The notes: generated by a model not told the origin, from the sequence alone. DNA of 64,000 bases from Callorhinchus milii (GCF_018977255.1 NW_024704743.1:50098001-50162000); one strand, 5' to 3'. Counted from the stretch's first letter, positions 14,905 to 29,649 are shown. Made by a program: numbers and translations.

Positions 14905-15280
14905 TCTTAATGGTCTAAGTGGAGAGAACTCCATTTTGCGGCCTGAAAGGTTGCTGGTTCAAATCCCAGCCAATGCTGAAACTCATTGTAAGTGTCTGCC
15001 CGGATTGCAGGGGTGATTAAATTGTCCCAGGCTTCATAGTTAGGGAAAGGAAAAACAGCCAGGGTTCCTCATTCCCCCTACTCGTTGTGTGGACATAAGG
15101 CAGTCGGGTAAGGAGAGGTCAGGCTCGGCTGTTAGTCCTCTATAGTCGAGTACCTGTCAACACACTGCCAAAACTTACACATGAACAATGGTCATTTGAG
15201 CAGAGTTCTGGAGAGTAGGTAGCATCATTGATGCAGCACCCCTGCGAGACAAGCACTAATTAATGGGGAGAAAGTTAAAA
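14905..15280 (+). repeat. Ancient SINE-like repeat (related copy ~55700-55950)
   Basis: B-box-like ggttcaaatcc; cagccagggttcc block and purine-rich end shared with 55700-55950. Confidence 0.5.
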
Positions 15281-16269
15281 ATTGGATACTTTTTTTTAAA
15301 AAAGAAAAAATATTGGGTTAAATACACCAAAAGTAGAATGTTCTACTTTGAAATATGTCAAACAAGTAAGCTGCTGCTGTAACATCCAATTACAGTAATA
15401 AATAATTATTTAAGGTCTTTTGGGCTTTGAATGATAGAAACATTAGACACTAATCAAGACACCGGTTTGCACTTCTAAATTGTGAGCTTAACCATTATAA
15501 CCATCCAGATCTCTAGTTTAATAATAATCCTTACATTTATTGTAGGCTCCATGTCACAATGTAAATTTTTGTGTAGCGATCGTATTTGCAGGTAGACATG
15601 GCAGCCAATTTCTGTACAGCAATTTCCCCAAAACGGCAAGTGACCAATTTATCTGGAGGATTGTTGGCCAGAAAACCAGGAGAAATTCTTTCTATTTTCG
15701 AATGGGGCAATGGAATCTTACATCTACATGAACAGGCAAACTGGACATTGAAAGGACAGACATCACCTCCAACAATTTTGCTCTAATTATAATAATAATC
15801 CTTGCATTTGATATAATGCTTTTCACGTCTTCTAGATGTCTCAAAGCGCTTCACAGACTACACTATTAAGTGAATTAACTGTATATTTTGTGGGTAAAAT
15901 TGTACTTCATTATATTAAAAATTGTAATAATTTATTATTGTAATAATTTATAATAAACTGTATTATAAATTGTATTTATAATCAGCCTAGACTATGAGCT
16001 CAGGTCTTGATGTTGGCCTTAACCTACAACATTAAGACTCAGAGGTGAGAATGCTACCAACTGAGCCAGACTGATGCCTCATCCAAAGGAATTTATGTTC
16101 AACAATGCAGCAGGGCCTTCTGTACACGCCTGAACTGTCAGAATTCATTATCAGGGCGTTTAATTCTGTTGGTACAAACTTTCAACATTCTGCCCCAGAA
16201 ATACAAGTGCAAACCATTACCATGGTGTCTAATACAGTATTTTTAACATTCAGACATGCTTTCCTCTTA

Positions 16270-16560
16270 ATTATAATAATCCTTGCATTTTGCACTTGAT
16301 ATATCACCTCATCACCTCTTCTACACGTGTCAAAGCGCTTCACAGAATTCACTGTAAAGTGAATTGACTGTATATTTTGTGGGCGAAACGTGGCAGCCAA
16401 TTGCGCACAACAGTGTCCCACAAATAGTTGTGGATTGAGTGACCGATTTTTTTAAAAAAAAAGGAATTATTACCCAATCGACTAACAACCGGGTTCCTAC
16501 TTTTTGCTAGGTAAACAGAAGCGTATGGAGTAAGGAAACTTGCCCAACGTTCCACCCTGC
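16270..16560 (-). mobile_element. SINE, long subfamily (5'-truncated)
   Basis: Reverse-complement tail, core and extra segment. Confidence 0.8.
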
Positions 16561-16689
16561 CTCCATAGGCTGCACATCAATTGCAGTAGGCTTGGATGAC
16601 TGACTCATTTACAGGCCTCCCTCCACTATACACTAAAACCAAATAGAAAGCACGTAAAAGCTGACAATGGTAACGGTCTCCAATTGGGA

Positions 16690-17270
16690 AAGTAACAACA
16701 ACTTGCATTTACGTAGCACCTTTTCATGCAGGCCGGGGGAAGTGTAGTCAAACAGTAAGGTCTTCAGTCGTGATCTAAAAGTGGGGAAAGAGGGGACAAG
16801 CGGAGGGATTGAGGAGGGGCGGGTGTGGGGGGAGAGAGAATTCTCAAGCTTCGGGGTGCAGTAGTTGAAAGTACGGCGGCCAATGGTGGAGCAGAAGGGA
16901 CGAGGGACAAGCAAGAAGCCAGAGCCAGCAGGTGGTGAAGTGGGAGAGAGGTCAGGAAGGTAGGGAGTGCTGGGGGTAAAGGAATTTTTGTAGATGAGAG
17001 GATCTTCATATCGATCCCTTCTGACAGGGAGCCAGTAGAGCCTGGCAAGGGCTGGTATGATGGGGATACAGAGTTTAGTATGGGTGAGTATATGGGTGGC
17101 AAAGTTCTAGATCAGTGGTAGTTTGTGGGTAGTGAAGCTGGGCATAAAAGCAAGTTGGGAGTTGGAATAATCCAAGTGGGATGTGACGAAGTGGTGGAGG
17201 GATTCAGTTACGTTTGGTGTGAGATACAGTCAGAGGTGAGCAATGTGGCAGAGTTTAGACTTTTATAATT
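16690..17270 (-). mobile_element. L2 3' fragment
   Basis: (CAA)n tail plus G-rich reverse L2 body. Similar fragments at 13080-13325, 18430-18860, 47325-47620, 57870-58230, 61680-61910, 63538-63622 (-) and 49805-50070 (+). Confidence 0.72.
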
Positions 17271-18942
17271 CCGTGGTCTATAGACACCTTATGACCAACA
17301 GACCAAGAGTTCCAACTTGCACCAACCGGCATTCTCGGTGCACTGCGCCTACTGTTGGAAACCAGACCGCAATGGACATTTGTTACCGGGAGCTGATGGT
17401 AGTCATTGGGGTGTTGGGACAATTTAACAAGCTGTGCAAGTAAAGTATTCAGTACCTGCTCTAGGTCTTGCCTACGTAGGATAGTCACTTCCCCGAAGGG
17501 GAGAACAAACATTAGTAAATATTTTAAGTGAAAATTGCTCTTTCAGTCTTTTTCCTTTGCGATTTCCAGACGGGAAAGTAATTTTATGGCTTTTCTTGTA
17601 CTCTCAATTTGTCAAGAGAGATATTCGAATATGAGGACAACCGTCTGTCAATTTGGCAGTGAACAAGAATCTGTACTGGTTGTGGCTTGTATGAAGGCCC
17701 AGAACTACAAATAATCCTTGCATTTGATTTAGCGTCTTATGACATCATTGAGACATCTCAAAATGCTTCACAGGATTTACTGAGAAATGTAGTGACTGAG
17801 TATGCAAACATGACAGCCAGTTTGCACACAGTAATGTCCCACAAACAACCATGAAGTGAATGATCAATTATCTGGAAGACTGTTGGCCATAGGATCTTCA
17901 AAGTACGTGCAAACAGGCAAATGGGACCTCAGTTTAGTACTGCATGTAAAGGACAGCACCTCTGAAAATGCAGTGCTCCCCCAGTGCAGCACTCGAGTCT
18001 AAACTGAAGTTGAACTCACGACGTTCAGACAACCAATTGAGCCAGGCTGGCAATTGCTAATATGTGCAAAAGTCTAAAACCACATTACATAGGGCTCCTT
18101 ATTATCTTTGGGATAATCAAATATTTACTGTACAGGGGGAGAGAAAGAGCTCAACTGGCTCCAAGGTGATATGCTTGGCAACACAATGTCAGAATCTAGT
18201 TAATCCTGTGGTGGTCTTGGTAGTACAGGCAGACAGGTCTGCAGGTACTCCAGGACATTGCTGATGACAGCCCAACCAATCTGGCTCATCAGTGGACACG
18301 AGGGGCAGAGATTCTTCCCACTCAGCTACTGTTATCCCTCCAAGCCAAAGCCCTAATGGGTAGGGTGGCCCTACATGGACAAGCCAGACAGTGCATTCAA
18401 TGGCAGGCTATGTTTTTTTTTTCTGGTTAAACTCCTCCCCATAGCTAAAGTAGCTTTTTAAAACAAAAGGGTGCTTGAGGATGAATATTAAAGAGTTAAT
18501 AGGAATGCAAATGTTCCACAATGAGGAAAAAACAAGGTGAGATTGAGGTGGGGAAAGGCATGGTACAGATGTGCTGTTTGAAACACAGTTGAGGGTCAAA
18601 CAAGACAACAAAATTTCATACTGGCTCAGTGATGTGGAGAGGACACCCATGAATAGTGATGCAGTCAACGCCTGAAGTGAAGAGGCATTGACGGGAGCCA
18701 AGCAAGAGGGCCTCAGTCTTGTCAACATTCAATTGAAGAAAACTATCTCTCATTTAGGACTTGATGTCTGACAGACAATCCGTCAGGACAGCAGTGCTCC
18801 TGGAGTCGACAGTGGAGGCAGAGATTGTAAGGTATCATCCGCACACATGTGGCAATGAAAATCCCAAGTTCAATTCCCATTTTTGACATAACCGATTAAC
18901 AAATGTTACTATTTCAAATAAATGCAGAGATTATATCAAACA

Positions 18943-19160
18943 AAAACAGAAGTCGTTTGGAACAGTCAGCAGGTCAGGCAGCATCTATAGAGAAAGGAAA
19001 GTGAGTCAATGTTTTGGGTCCACAGAACGAGTTCTGTCAAAGTGTTGTGGACCCAAAACGTTGACTCACTTTCCTTTCTCCATAAATGCTGACTGACCTG
19101 CTGAGTGTTCCCAGTGACTTCTGTTTTTCTTTCAGATTTCTAGCATCTGCCATATTTTGC
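18943..19160. mobile_element. Palindromic Penelope-terminus-derived miniature element
   Basis: 18943-19024 is the reverse complement of ~19046-19128. Sequence is homologous to the Penelope ends at 34849-34945 and 40400-40535. Confidence 0.82.
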
Positions 19161-21137
19161 CCAGAGATTTACATTCCCTACTCATCCAAATGTTCTGGAT
19201 TGGGACAGAAGATGGAGGTGAAAATTAGTTAAGATTTGAAATTTTGATCAGTCATACTCAATGAAAATTTAAACACAATAACTAAGAGGATCAGACTTAC
19301 AGGAAGGCATTTCCTCCTGTCTTCCCCACACCCAATGCAGGCCCTACAAACATAAATTCAGGCTCAAATATTAATTACCCACTTATTATTTGGAGGTATT
19401 TAGCATCCATAGACAGCATCCCCACCACAGGCAAGATGTCTTTGGAAAGGGAGGAATGGAGGGGAATAACTATGAACTTGCAATCACACCCAATGCATTA
19501 ATTATTCTGCAGTTTATGCTTCAATGATGAACTTTTGAACGTTAAATACTCCATTGCTTCTGAGCTAATTATTTAGGTTAATTTGGTAACATTTTTAAAA
19601 GACTTCAAAACAAACCTTAATTCTCCACAACAGTGGTGTAATAAAAATAGAAAATATATCCCATTGCTTTTAACATTACATACTAACTATGTAAACTGGC
19701 TATCCCTCACCACGTTTTCCAAAACTATATTTAAGAAAAACGACAGTACTATATAAAACAAACTTTCAATTCTGTTCATTTGTCAGATGTATGGAGCTTT
19801 TGGAGGAATTAGACACAATCACCACAAAGTGGCTGATTACTCGGATTAATTTCTCTTTGGGAGANTTTTTTATTACGGCAAATACTGGTAAATTTGCATG
19901 AATCGAAATCTGGACAATANTTTTTCTAACGCCTTTGCAGTTAGTTCTCTGCTGCTCTGGTCAAACCGCATGTCACTTCTCCTGCTCCATCCAGCAGTGT
20001 GCTCCATACTGCGATAGTGAGTGATCGGCACTTCAGGACCTCTTTCAAAACCATTACACGTTTCAGCGTATAGCCCATCGACGTGTGTAAACTATTAGAT
20101 AAACTTCTTTTTTTTAAAAAAAAATGCAAAATGTGCAAGAAGGTAAGAACCACACCCGTAACTGTTCATACATCGTCTCTGAACCTCGCAATCGATTGAG
20201 GACAGGCAAAAAAAAAACATATTTGTCATCACTTCCACCCGCAATTTTCAGCCTGTCTGCGATTTTTTTTTTACATTCAGCCAACCCCAGCAATCGCAAA
20301 CGAGATTAGTCATGCCATTTAAAATACGTGAACCGTTCCTAACCGCAAAATTAGCGAACCAATAATCAAAGGGATCTTTTTTTGTGTGTTTTAAAAAAAA
20401 ATGCACATTAAAGTAAGATGCAGAATTACAGATTTTTTAAATTCTTACACGGAAACGGAATAATTCTGCATGCTCTCACTGCGCTTCGTTCAACAAGATC
20501 GAGACCAGGTTTGGCACACAAGGTTATCCGACTGCCCGCTTAACTGTAGAGGACTCCTGCTTCACTGGCCATGCTTCATCCACCAGGCACAAGCCCGTCC
20601 TTCCACTACTTTAGCACCATTTTTAATTTAAATACTAAACTCAAGGGGCTTCTTCCCCTCCCCCCACGATGGGTGTGGAGGAAACATTCACTGAATCGAT
20701 AGCTCGACCTCGCCTACAAATTATTTGCCCATTACCGTCACCGAACTGGTGAATTAACTTGTATTCCAAGATTATATACGACTAGAAAAATAAGATTAAC
20801 AGCCTGGAAAAAATACTCCGGCTAATTAAAACTCTTTCGGCTCAAGGCAATACGTAGTGCTGTTACGATTTTTGCAATCGCTTTGCAGTATCCCTTGGAT
20901 GCGAATGCGCTTCAGTGATTTTAAAAATATACATTATAAACTGCTAATCTGTTCCTGCACCGCAAACCCTACCCCACATATCATTTATTCCGGCCATTTC
21001 ATTCCTCCCCCCACCACCACTCCCCCCATCCTTGCATTTCCTCCGCCGCTTAACCCTTTCGTTTCCGATTTTTTTTTAAAAAAATGTAGTTACCCCCAGA
21101 CACGCAATGCATCCTATCCACATGCATTTACAACACG

Positions 21138-21182
<45 letters not shown>

Positions 21183-21184
21183 AT
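21138..21184. repeat. Compound (TA)n(TG)n microsatellite
   Basis: Directly visible, ~110 bp into TENT4A intron 1. Confidence 0.95.
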
Positions 21185-21229
21185 GTAGGTGGAGTGTCTC
21201 TCTCCCTCCCCTCACGACTGCGGATGCAT

Positions 21230-22960
<1,731 letters not shown>

Positions 22961-23145
22961 ACACACACACGCACTTTCCAAACCAATGAAAACTGTCGGG
23001 TATTCATTCTCAGTTTGCATTTCGTAATTCAGTTTGGGTTACTACCAAAAAAATAAGTGTAATGTCTATTTACAGCAGCAAATACATATCTGCAGAGGAA
23101 ACTCCTGTCAAACTGACCTATTTAGCAATGCAATTTTTTTTGGGG

Positions 23146-23590
23146 GGTCGGCCGGGTGTCTGACACATGTGGAAACCCATCACCATGTTTAAGAGTACAC
23201 AAACCAAATTGAGAATTACATGCATCCTATCAGATATTCCAGAGATAGATTGTTGGAATGTAATAATAATAATAATGCGCACTCTCTTCCTGGAGGGACG
23301 CATCCTGCTTAACTAATTCCGGAAAGTATTAGGCTCTGGTTGGCAAAACCTGAGTCTCGGAGATCCCAGAGTGCGCCTTTGTGGTACAGCTGGAGCCTAA
23401 CCAGCTAAAACCGCATAGCTTGCCATTGAAAGCACTATTTGACAAGCTATCTCGCTGCTTCTCCAGCAAGATCCACCCTAACTTGGGGCTTTGGCTTGCA
23501 CAGTTAACAGGAGCTGAATGAGAAGAGTCCCTGCCTCCATTGACTGGTCCTTCCTCATGAGTTGGATGGCAGATACCAGGGACTCCCTGC
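23146..23590. repeat. Copy of the unclassified repeat, direct repeat of 25461-25870
   Basis: Collinear similarity to the copy at 25461. Confidence 0.85.
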
Positions 23591-25460
23591 AAACTTCCTA
23601 GTGGACAACATTATTCGGCATGAAATGCATGAGAGCATTGCTACTATCTTCCCGTCTGCAGCTTGAACACACAACCATTTCCATTGAAAAATTGTTTCAC
23701 CAGTTGGAGGTTTGGAGCTTAAGCAACAGCTGCTTGCTTCTCTGCAAACCATTTAAGATGAATTCCAGGTGCTGGGTGTCTGAACATGCGGTTCAGACTC
23801 CAGGCAATGCCTTCCAGCAATATTACCCCAAGCCTCAGCTATCTGATGGAGATCTACCTTCAGCATGGTGGGAGGACCTTTATGGGACAGCTTGTGACAT
23901 GCCAGCCACCTTGATATTCTCAGGGTCCAAATCCAATGCCATGTATCAGGCTTATTCAGCACTAACTGCTTAATCCATGTTCTCATGTAAGGGACTTTTA
24001 CAAAGAGACATGTTCATTTTGAAGCCAACTCTGCCTCCAGGGTGCTCAGTGTCAGTGTAGTGCAGAGTTATAATAATAATAATAATCCTTGCATTTGATA
24101 TAGCGCTTTTCATGCTTTTCATAACGTCCCAAAGCGCTTCACAGAACACACTGTAAAGTGAATTGACTATATTTGTGGGCGAACGCGGCAGCCAATTGCG
24201 CACAGCAATTCTCCCTCCCTATCGTGTTTTCCAGTGTTTGCCACAAATTTTCCTCTGCTTGATCCTAGAGTTTGCAAATGGGCTGGAGGAAGCCTCTCTG
24301 CTGAATACACAGGAGCTCAAAGCCATGAAGAACTGTGTACACAAGCAGTGACTTGCATGGAGACCTGCTCACCCTGAAGAGAGATGAGCATGGACAGAAT
24401 GCCCTTCGCCCCATCTCTGTGCGTTCCTTTAAGACAGTGCCCAAGCAAAAGCTGATGTCCAAGTCCTCCGGGACGCTACCCCGCGTGAAGGGCACTATAA
24501 ATTAAAGCAAGTTGTTTTTGTTGATGTCTACCACATTGCCCAGGTAACAATAAGAATCAACAATTGGGACTGACAATCCAAAATAAAAATAACAGTTTGA
24601 AAATAATGTATTTTTGCATCCCTGTCAAGAGCTAAGTAGTTTTGGGACTTTGAGAATAAATAGTTTATTTCTTGTTTTGGGGAGTTCAGCCCTGCTGAAT
24701 AGAGAGAGAATAGGGAGAATAAAACTCAATGATAAAATGCATTAGGCCAACTTCTTTACACTGTATTCAACATAGAGATCGATATTGAATCTCAAGTATC
24801 TCTTTAAGTAAGGCTACATTTGAAAGAGTTTGTGTCGTCATAATTAGTGTTATCATTGCAACAATAGTTGCACCATGAAATGTTTCAGGCACAAGTAAAC
24901 ATGCAAAACATAATACAAATATTTGTACTTAACATTTTCAGCAGCATCTGCCACAGTTCTTATTTAATCAGAAGGCCAAGATCGCATAGTTCAGTCATGA
25001 CTGTTGCAAAACCCCAGCATTCCTTGAAAGATTCATAACATTGCAACATCTGAGGCAAAGCAACTTTGTTTACCTTCTCCTTTGGGAATAGTACACATGG
25101 TCAGCAAAAATAATAGGAAAACCAATCAACGATGTTTGTTTGCTGCTTACATCATCATTTTGTATGTTGAATAGGAAGATCAGATGATCATAACATGGGA
25201 TAAACCAATGGAAGAATCCAGAGTGATGCATGTTGCTCATATGCACCAAATTCATTATTGTATTACATAGAATAATAATATATCACATATCACATAGGCA
25301 TGCCAAATATTATTGCATATTTGAAATAGCTTGTTTATATTTTGTAGTTGATGATATATATATGAGATAGATGTATCACAGGGAAGATAAGATGGATTGG
25401 TGAGGTGGACTTACCATTTCAGTCTGCTCGAACCCCTATACCTCCAATACTGTATTTTTT

Positions 25461-25975
25461 AGTCAGCCAGGTGTCTTTGACACATGTATAAACCCATCAC
25501 CGTGCTTAAGAGTATCCAAACCAAGCTGGGATTTCCATTCAACCCATCTACACATGGAAATACCAGAGATGGATTGTTTGATGGTATGCACACTCTCTCC
25601 CTAGAGGAACACATCCTGCTTACCTAATTCCAGAAAGTATTAGGCGCAGGTTGGCAAGATCCAAAGTTTGGGGACCCCAGAGTGTGCTTTGGGGTATTGC
25701 TGGAGTCCAACCAGCTAAAACCGCATAGCTTGCCATATTGCTGTCGGGCAAGCTTTCCCATTGCTTGTCCAACTGGGACTACCCTACCGTTAGGGCTCTG
25801 GCCTTGCAGGGTTAACAGGAGGTGAGTACAATGACTCCCTGACTCTAGTGACTGGTCTGCCCTTCCAGGTTCTGCCGATGAGCCAGGCTGGCTGTGCTGT
25901 CATCAGCAATGCCCTGGAACACTGCGGACCTGCCTGGCCCAGAACTTATCTACGGAGACCACCACATGCTGTTTA
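25461..25975. repeat. Unclassified ~0.5-kb interspersed repeat (other copies 23146-23590, 42940-43228 inverted, 18190-18405 inverted)
   Basis: Shared blocks aaacccatcacc..ttaagagta, taattcc(a/g)gaaagtattagg, ccagctaaaaccgcatagcttgcca, gatgagccag..ctgtcatcagcaatg. Confidence 0.85.
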
Positions 25976-26149
25976 CAATCAGATATTTGTTATAAACTCT
26001 TTCTTTAAGGGTACAACATTTTCCAACGCCTTGCATTTTTAAATTAATTGATTATTTACCTTATGGCTGTTTATGGGTCATGTAGCAAATGGTTGCCAAG
26101 TTTCCCTGTACAAAAAGTCATTACACTTGACTGTAATTATGTGTGAAGT

Positions 26150-27876
26150 GCGTTTCCCCACCCTCTGTCACCAAACTCATCCTGTTCTTGAAACCCACCA
26201 CCTGTTCCCTGGACCCCATTTCCCACTCCACTCCTTATCTCCCAGTTCCACCTCCTTGCCCCACTTCTCACAGACACCATTAACCTGTCCCTCTCCTCTG
26301 GCTCTGTTCCCATTCCCCTCAAAACTGCCACCATCACTAATGGAAAAATCCTCCCTTGATGCATCGCAGCTATCAAGCTACCGGCCCATCTCCAAACTCC
26401 CCTTCCTGTCCAAGGTTCTCGAAAGAGTTGTCGTCTCCCAGCTGCGCTCTTCCCTCTCCACTCACTCACTTTTTGAACCCCTCCAGTCGGGTTTCCGTGC
26501 TGCCCATAGCACAGAAACCGCCCTGGTCAAGGTCACTAATGACATCTTGACCATCTGCGACCAGGGCTCCCTCTGCTCCTCGTCCTCCTCGTCCTCCTCG
26601 ACCTATCGGCCGCATTCAATACGGTCGACCACTCTATCCTCCTCCACCGCTTGTCCTCCTATCTCAACATTCAAGGCACTGTCCTTGAGTGGTTTAGGTC
26701 CTACCTCTCCCACTGTCTTCATTTTGTCTCTGCAAACAGCTTTTCCTCCGGCCCCCGCACTGTCTCATGCGGTGTCCCTCAGGGCTCTGTCCTCGGTCCC
26801 CTCCTCTTCACCCTCTATATGCTCCCCCTCGGTGACATCATCCACAGACATGGGGTTAACTTCCACATGTATGCGGATGACACCCAACTCTACCTTTCCT
26901 CCTCTACCCTCAACTCCACAAACACCGATGTCCTGACAGTCTGCCTGTCCGACATCGAGTCCTGGACGAGAGACAACTTTCTTCAGCTCAACGTGCGCAA
27001 AACTGAGGCCCTCATGATTGGCTCACGTCAGTGCTTCTGCACCTCAGGTGCTGACAGCATCAGCATCCAAGGCTGCACTCTCCACCTCTCAAAGCCGTCA
27101 GGAACCTCGGGGTTCTGTTCGACCCTGAGCTGTCCTTTCTCCCTCATATCCGCGGCACAACTGGCACCGCCTTCCATCACCTCCGGAATATCACCAGACT
27201 ATGGCACTACCTCACCCCTCACGCTTCTGAAACTCTGGTCCACGCCTTTATCACCTCAAGGCTGGACTATGGGAACTCTCTCCTCGCCGGCCTTCCCGGC
27301 ACCTCCCTCCACAAGCTGCAGGTCATTCAGAACTCTGCAGCTCGTGTACTGTCCCGCACCAGGCTTCGGGACCACATCACTCCCACCCGCGCTCGCCTCC
27401 ACTGGCTCCCCATCCCCGAGAGGATCGAATTCAAGATCCTCATCGTCACCTACAAGGCCATTCACGGCCTTGCACCCCCCCTACCTCTCCGATCTACTAT
27501 CCCCCTACTTACCTGCCCGTACCCTCCGTTCCTCTGGCTCCGGTCTGCTCCACATCCCCCGCCCCAACCGCCCTACCATCAGTGGCCGGGCTTTCAGCCT
27601 CTCAGACCCTAGTCTCTGGAACTCCATCCCTCAGGGCCTTTGCCGCCTCCTCCCTTTCTTCCTTCAAGGCCGGCCTCAAAACCTTTCTCTTCAACCATGC
27701 CTTCAGTTCCTCTCTCGACTCTCTACCCCCTCCTCGCTCCCTCCCTCCCTTCCCTCCCCTCACCCTGACCATTTCCCCCCTGCTCGGGTCCCGACCCAAC
27801 TGTCCAGCACCTTGGGATGTCCTCCCGGCGTGAAAGGCGCTCCATAAATGCAATCATGTTGTTGTTGTTGTTATTG
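26150..27876 (+). mobile_element. 5'-truncated L2-clade LINE (RT domain to 3' end), frameshifted
   Basis: [55 protein letters not shown] across shifting frames. Ends in the stem-loop tail and (GTT)n. Confidence 0.93.
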
Positions 27877-28716
27877 AAGCATTTCAAAGTGATAAGACAC
27901 TGTAAAAAAATGCTAGCTCTTTTTTCTTTTGAAATTTCCTCTTTGCCATTGTTTTCTATCAATTACAAGTAATTCACCTCCACAACCACATCTGACAAGG
28001 TTTCCACTGCTTGGTTGAGCTAGGACCATTCTACCGGTCATGACTTTGGCTTGCACAGTCAATGACTGCATCAGTTTCTGGAGGTTGCTGTTACATATTG
28101 AAACAAAAATAATAAAAATAGACTTTTGAGAACTTTATAATGATCTACTCTATATATATTACACAGGTTCAATAACCCTCTGCCCTTAAACACGATAACT
28201 ATCAGGTGAATAAATCAGATTACAGCAACACTGTATCAAACAAAACCAATCTCTCTGATGGGAAGTTATAAATTAATAAAACCATTATGCTGTTTTAGAC
28301 TTTAATAGTTCAACACCAACATTTTTTATTTAATGATTTACAGCGTCTTACACATCAGGGGGACAGCTCAAAGTACTGCACACAGTTGACTGGGAGCTCA
28401 AGCTGGTGAGGCAAGCTGAGGAGATTGTGGGGGGAGAAGGTAAGCAATATTACAGTCGAAAAGAAATCTTTATAGTGGGCTTTAATGTTGGGGAGGGAGA
28501 GGGCTAACTAAGATAATCAGATAACTAGGATAAATGTATAAATCCCCAATGGTATGGTGGTTTTGCAACAAGATTCGAGCCGAGAGCCCAGAGTGAGCTA
28601 CGTCCGGAGTGAGGCGAGGCCAGAGTGTGAGGGAATTTGGTGAGAGTGGGAAATAGGTGCAGAGGAGGAAGTGGGGGCAGGCTATATATCTTTGTATCTA
28701 TATAAAGTTTGTGAAG

Positions 28717-29649
28717 ATGGTGTGGCAGGTAAACTGCGAGGTCTGTCACATGTGGGAGTCAATGGAGGGCGCCTTAGGTCCGGGCGACTTCGTCTGCTGC
28801 AAGTGTCTGGAAATCAGAGAGCTCCAGCTGAGAGTAGCTGAGCTGGAGTCTCAGGTGAAGACGCTGCGCAGCATTAGGGATGGAGAAAGCTTCCTGGACA
28901 GCTTTATCCTGGAGCCGGACACTCCCCTGAGTCCCAAGGAAGAAGAATGTAGCAGCGACGGACATGACTGGGTGACTGTCAGGCGGGCAGGCAAGCATTC
29001 CTGAAAGAGAGGGGCTGAAGAATCCAAGACTTTAGCCTTGTCTGACAGGTATGAAATATTGGCAACCTGTTTGGACAAGGAAATCTGCGAGGAAGACGGG
29101 CAAACTGACCCCAACACCCCTGTGCAGGAGGTTAAAAATGTAATTCTTATTGGGGATGAGACAGTCGGGAGGACTGATACAGTTTTCTGTAGCCGTAGCA
29201 GGGAGACAAGAAGACTCTGTTGTCTTCCTGGGGCCAGGGTGAAGGATGTCACCGCCGGGCTGGAGATAAATTTGAGGCATGAGGGAGAGGATCCAATCGT
29301 AATGGTACATATAGGGACCAATGACATTGGTAGGACCAGTAGGGACGAGTTAAGGAGCGAGTTCTGGGAATTGGGAATTAAACTAAGGAATAGAACTTCC
29401 AAAGTGATGATATCGGGACTGTTACCTGAGCCAGGAGCTAATTGGTACAGGCAAAAGAAGATCATAGATCTGAATGCCTGGCTAAAAGAGTGGTGCGGAG
29501 AGCAGGAATTCCAATTCATGGGCCACTGGCACGAGTATTGGGGAAGATGGGAGCTTTTCCAAAGGAATGGGCTCCACCTAAATAGGGCTGGGACAAATGT
29601 CCTGGCTATGCGAATAAATAGGGAGGTAGAAAGGGCTTTAAACTACTAA
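28717..29649 (+). pseudogene. CR1 ORF1 (CxxC..CxxC Zn finger, coiled coil, SGNH esterase fold) with one in-frame stop
   Basis: MVWQVNCEVC...CCKC...LQLRVAELESQVKTL; track ORFs 28657-29004 and 29038-29649 are in the same frame, split by TGA at 29002-29004. SGNH blocks PGA, VHIGTND and GLHLN. Confidence 0.88.

Noticed and set aside
25870..25915. Hammerhead ribozyme in the unclassified repeat (C(C/T)GATGAG)
   Set aside because: No GAAA box follows a stem II.
26073..27847. 287-aa and 398-aa ORFs as host genes
   Set aside because: Frameshifted pieces of an L2 reverse transcriptase.
28540..28575. Target-site duplication of the full-length CR1
   Set aside because: No convincing match to the sequence after the 3' tail (32717 onward), so the 5' boundary stays approximate.
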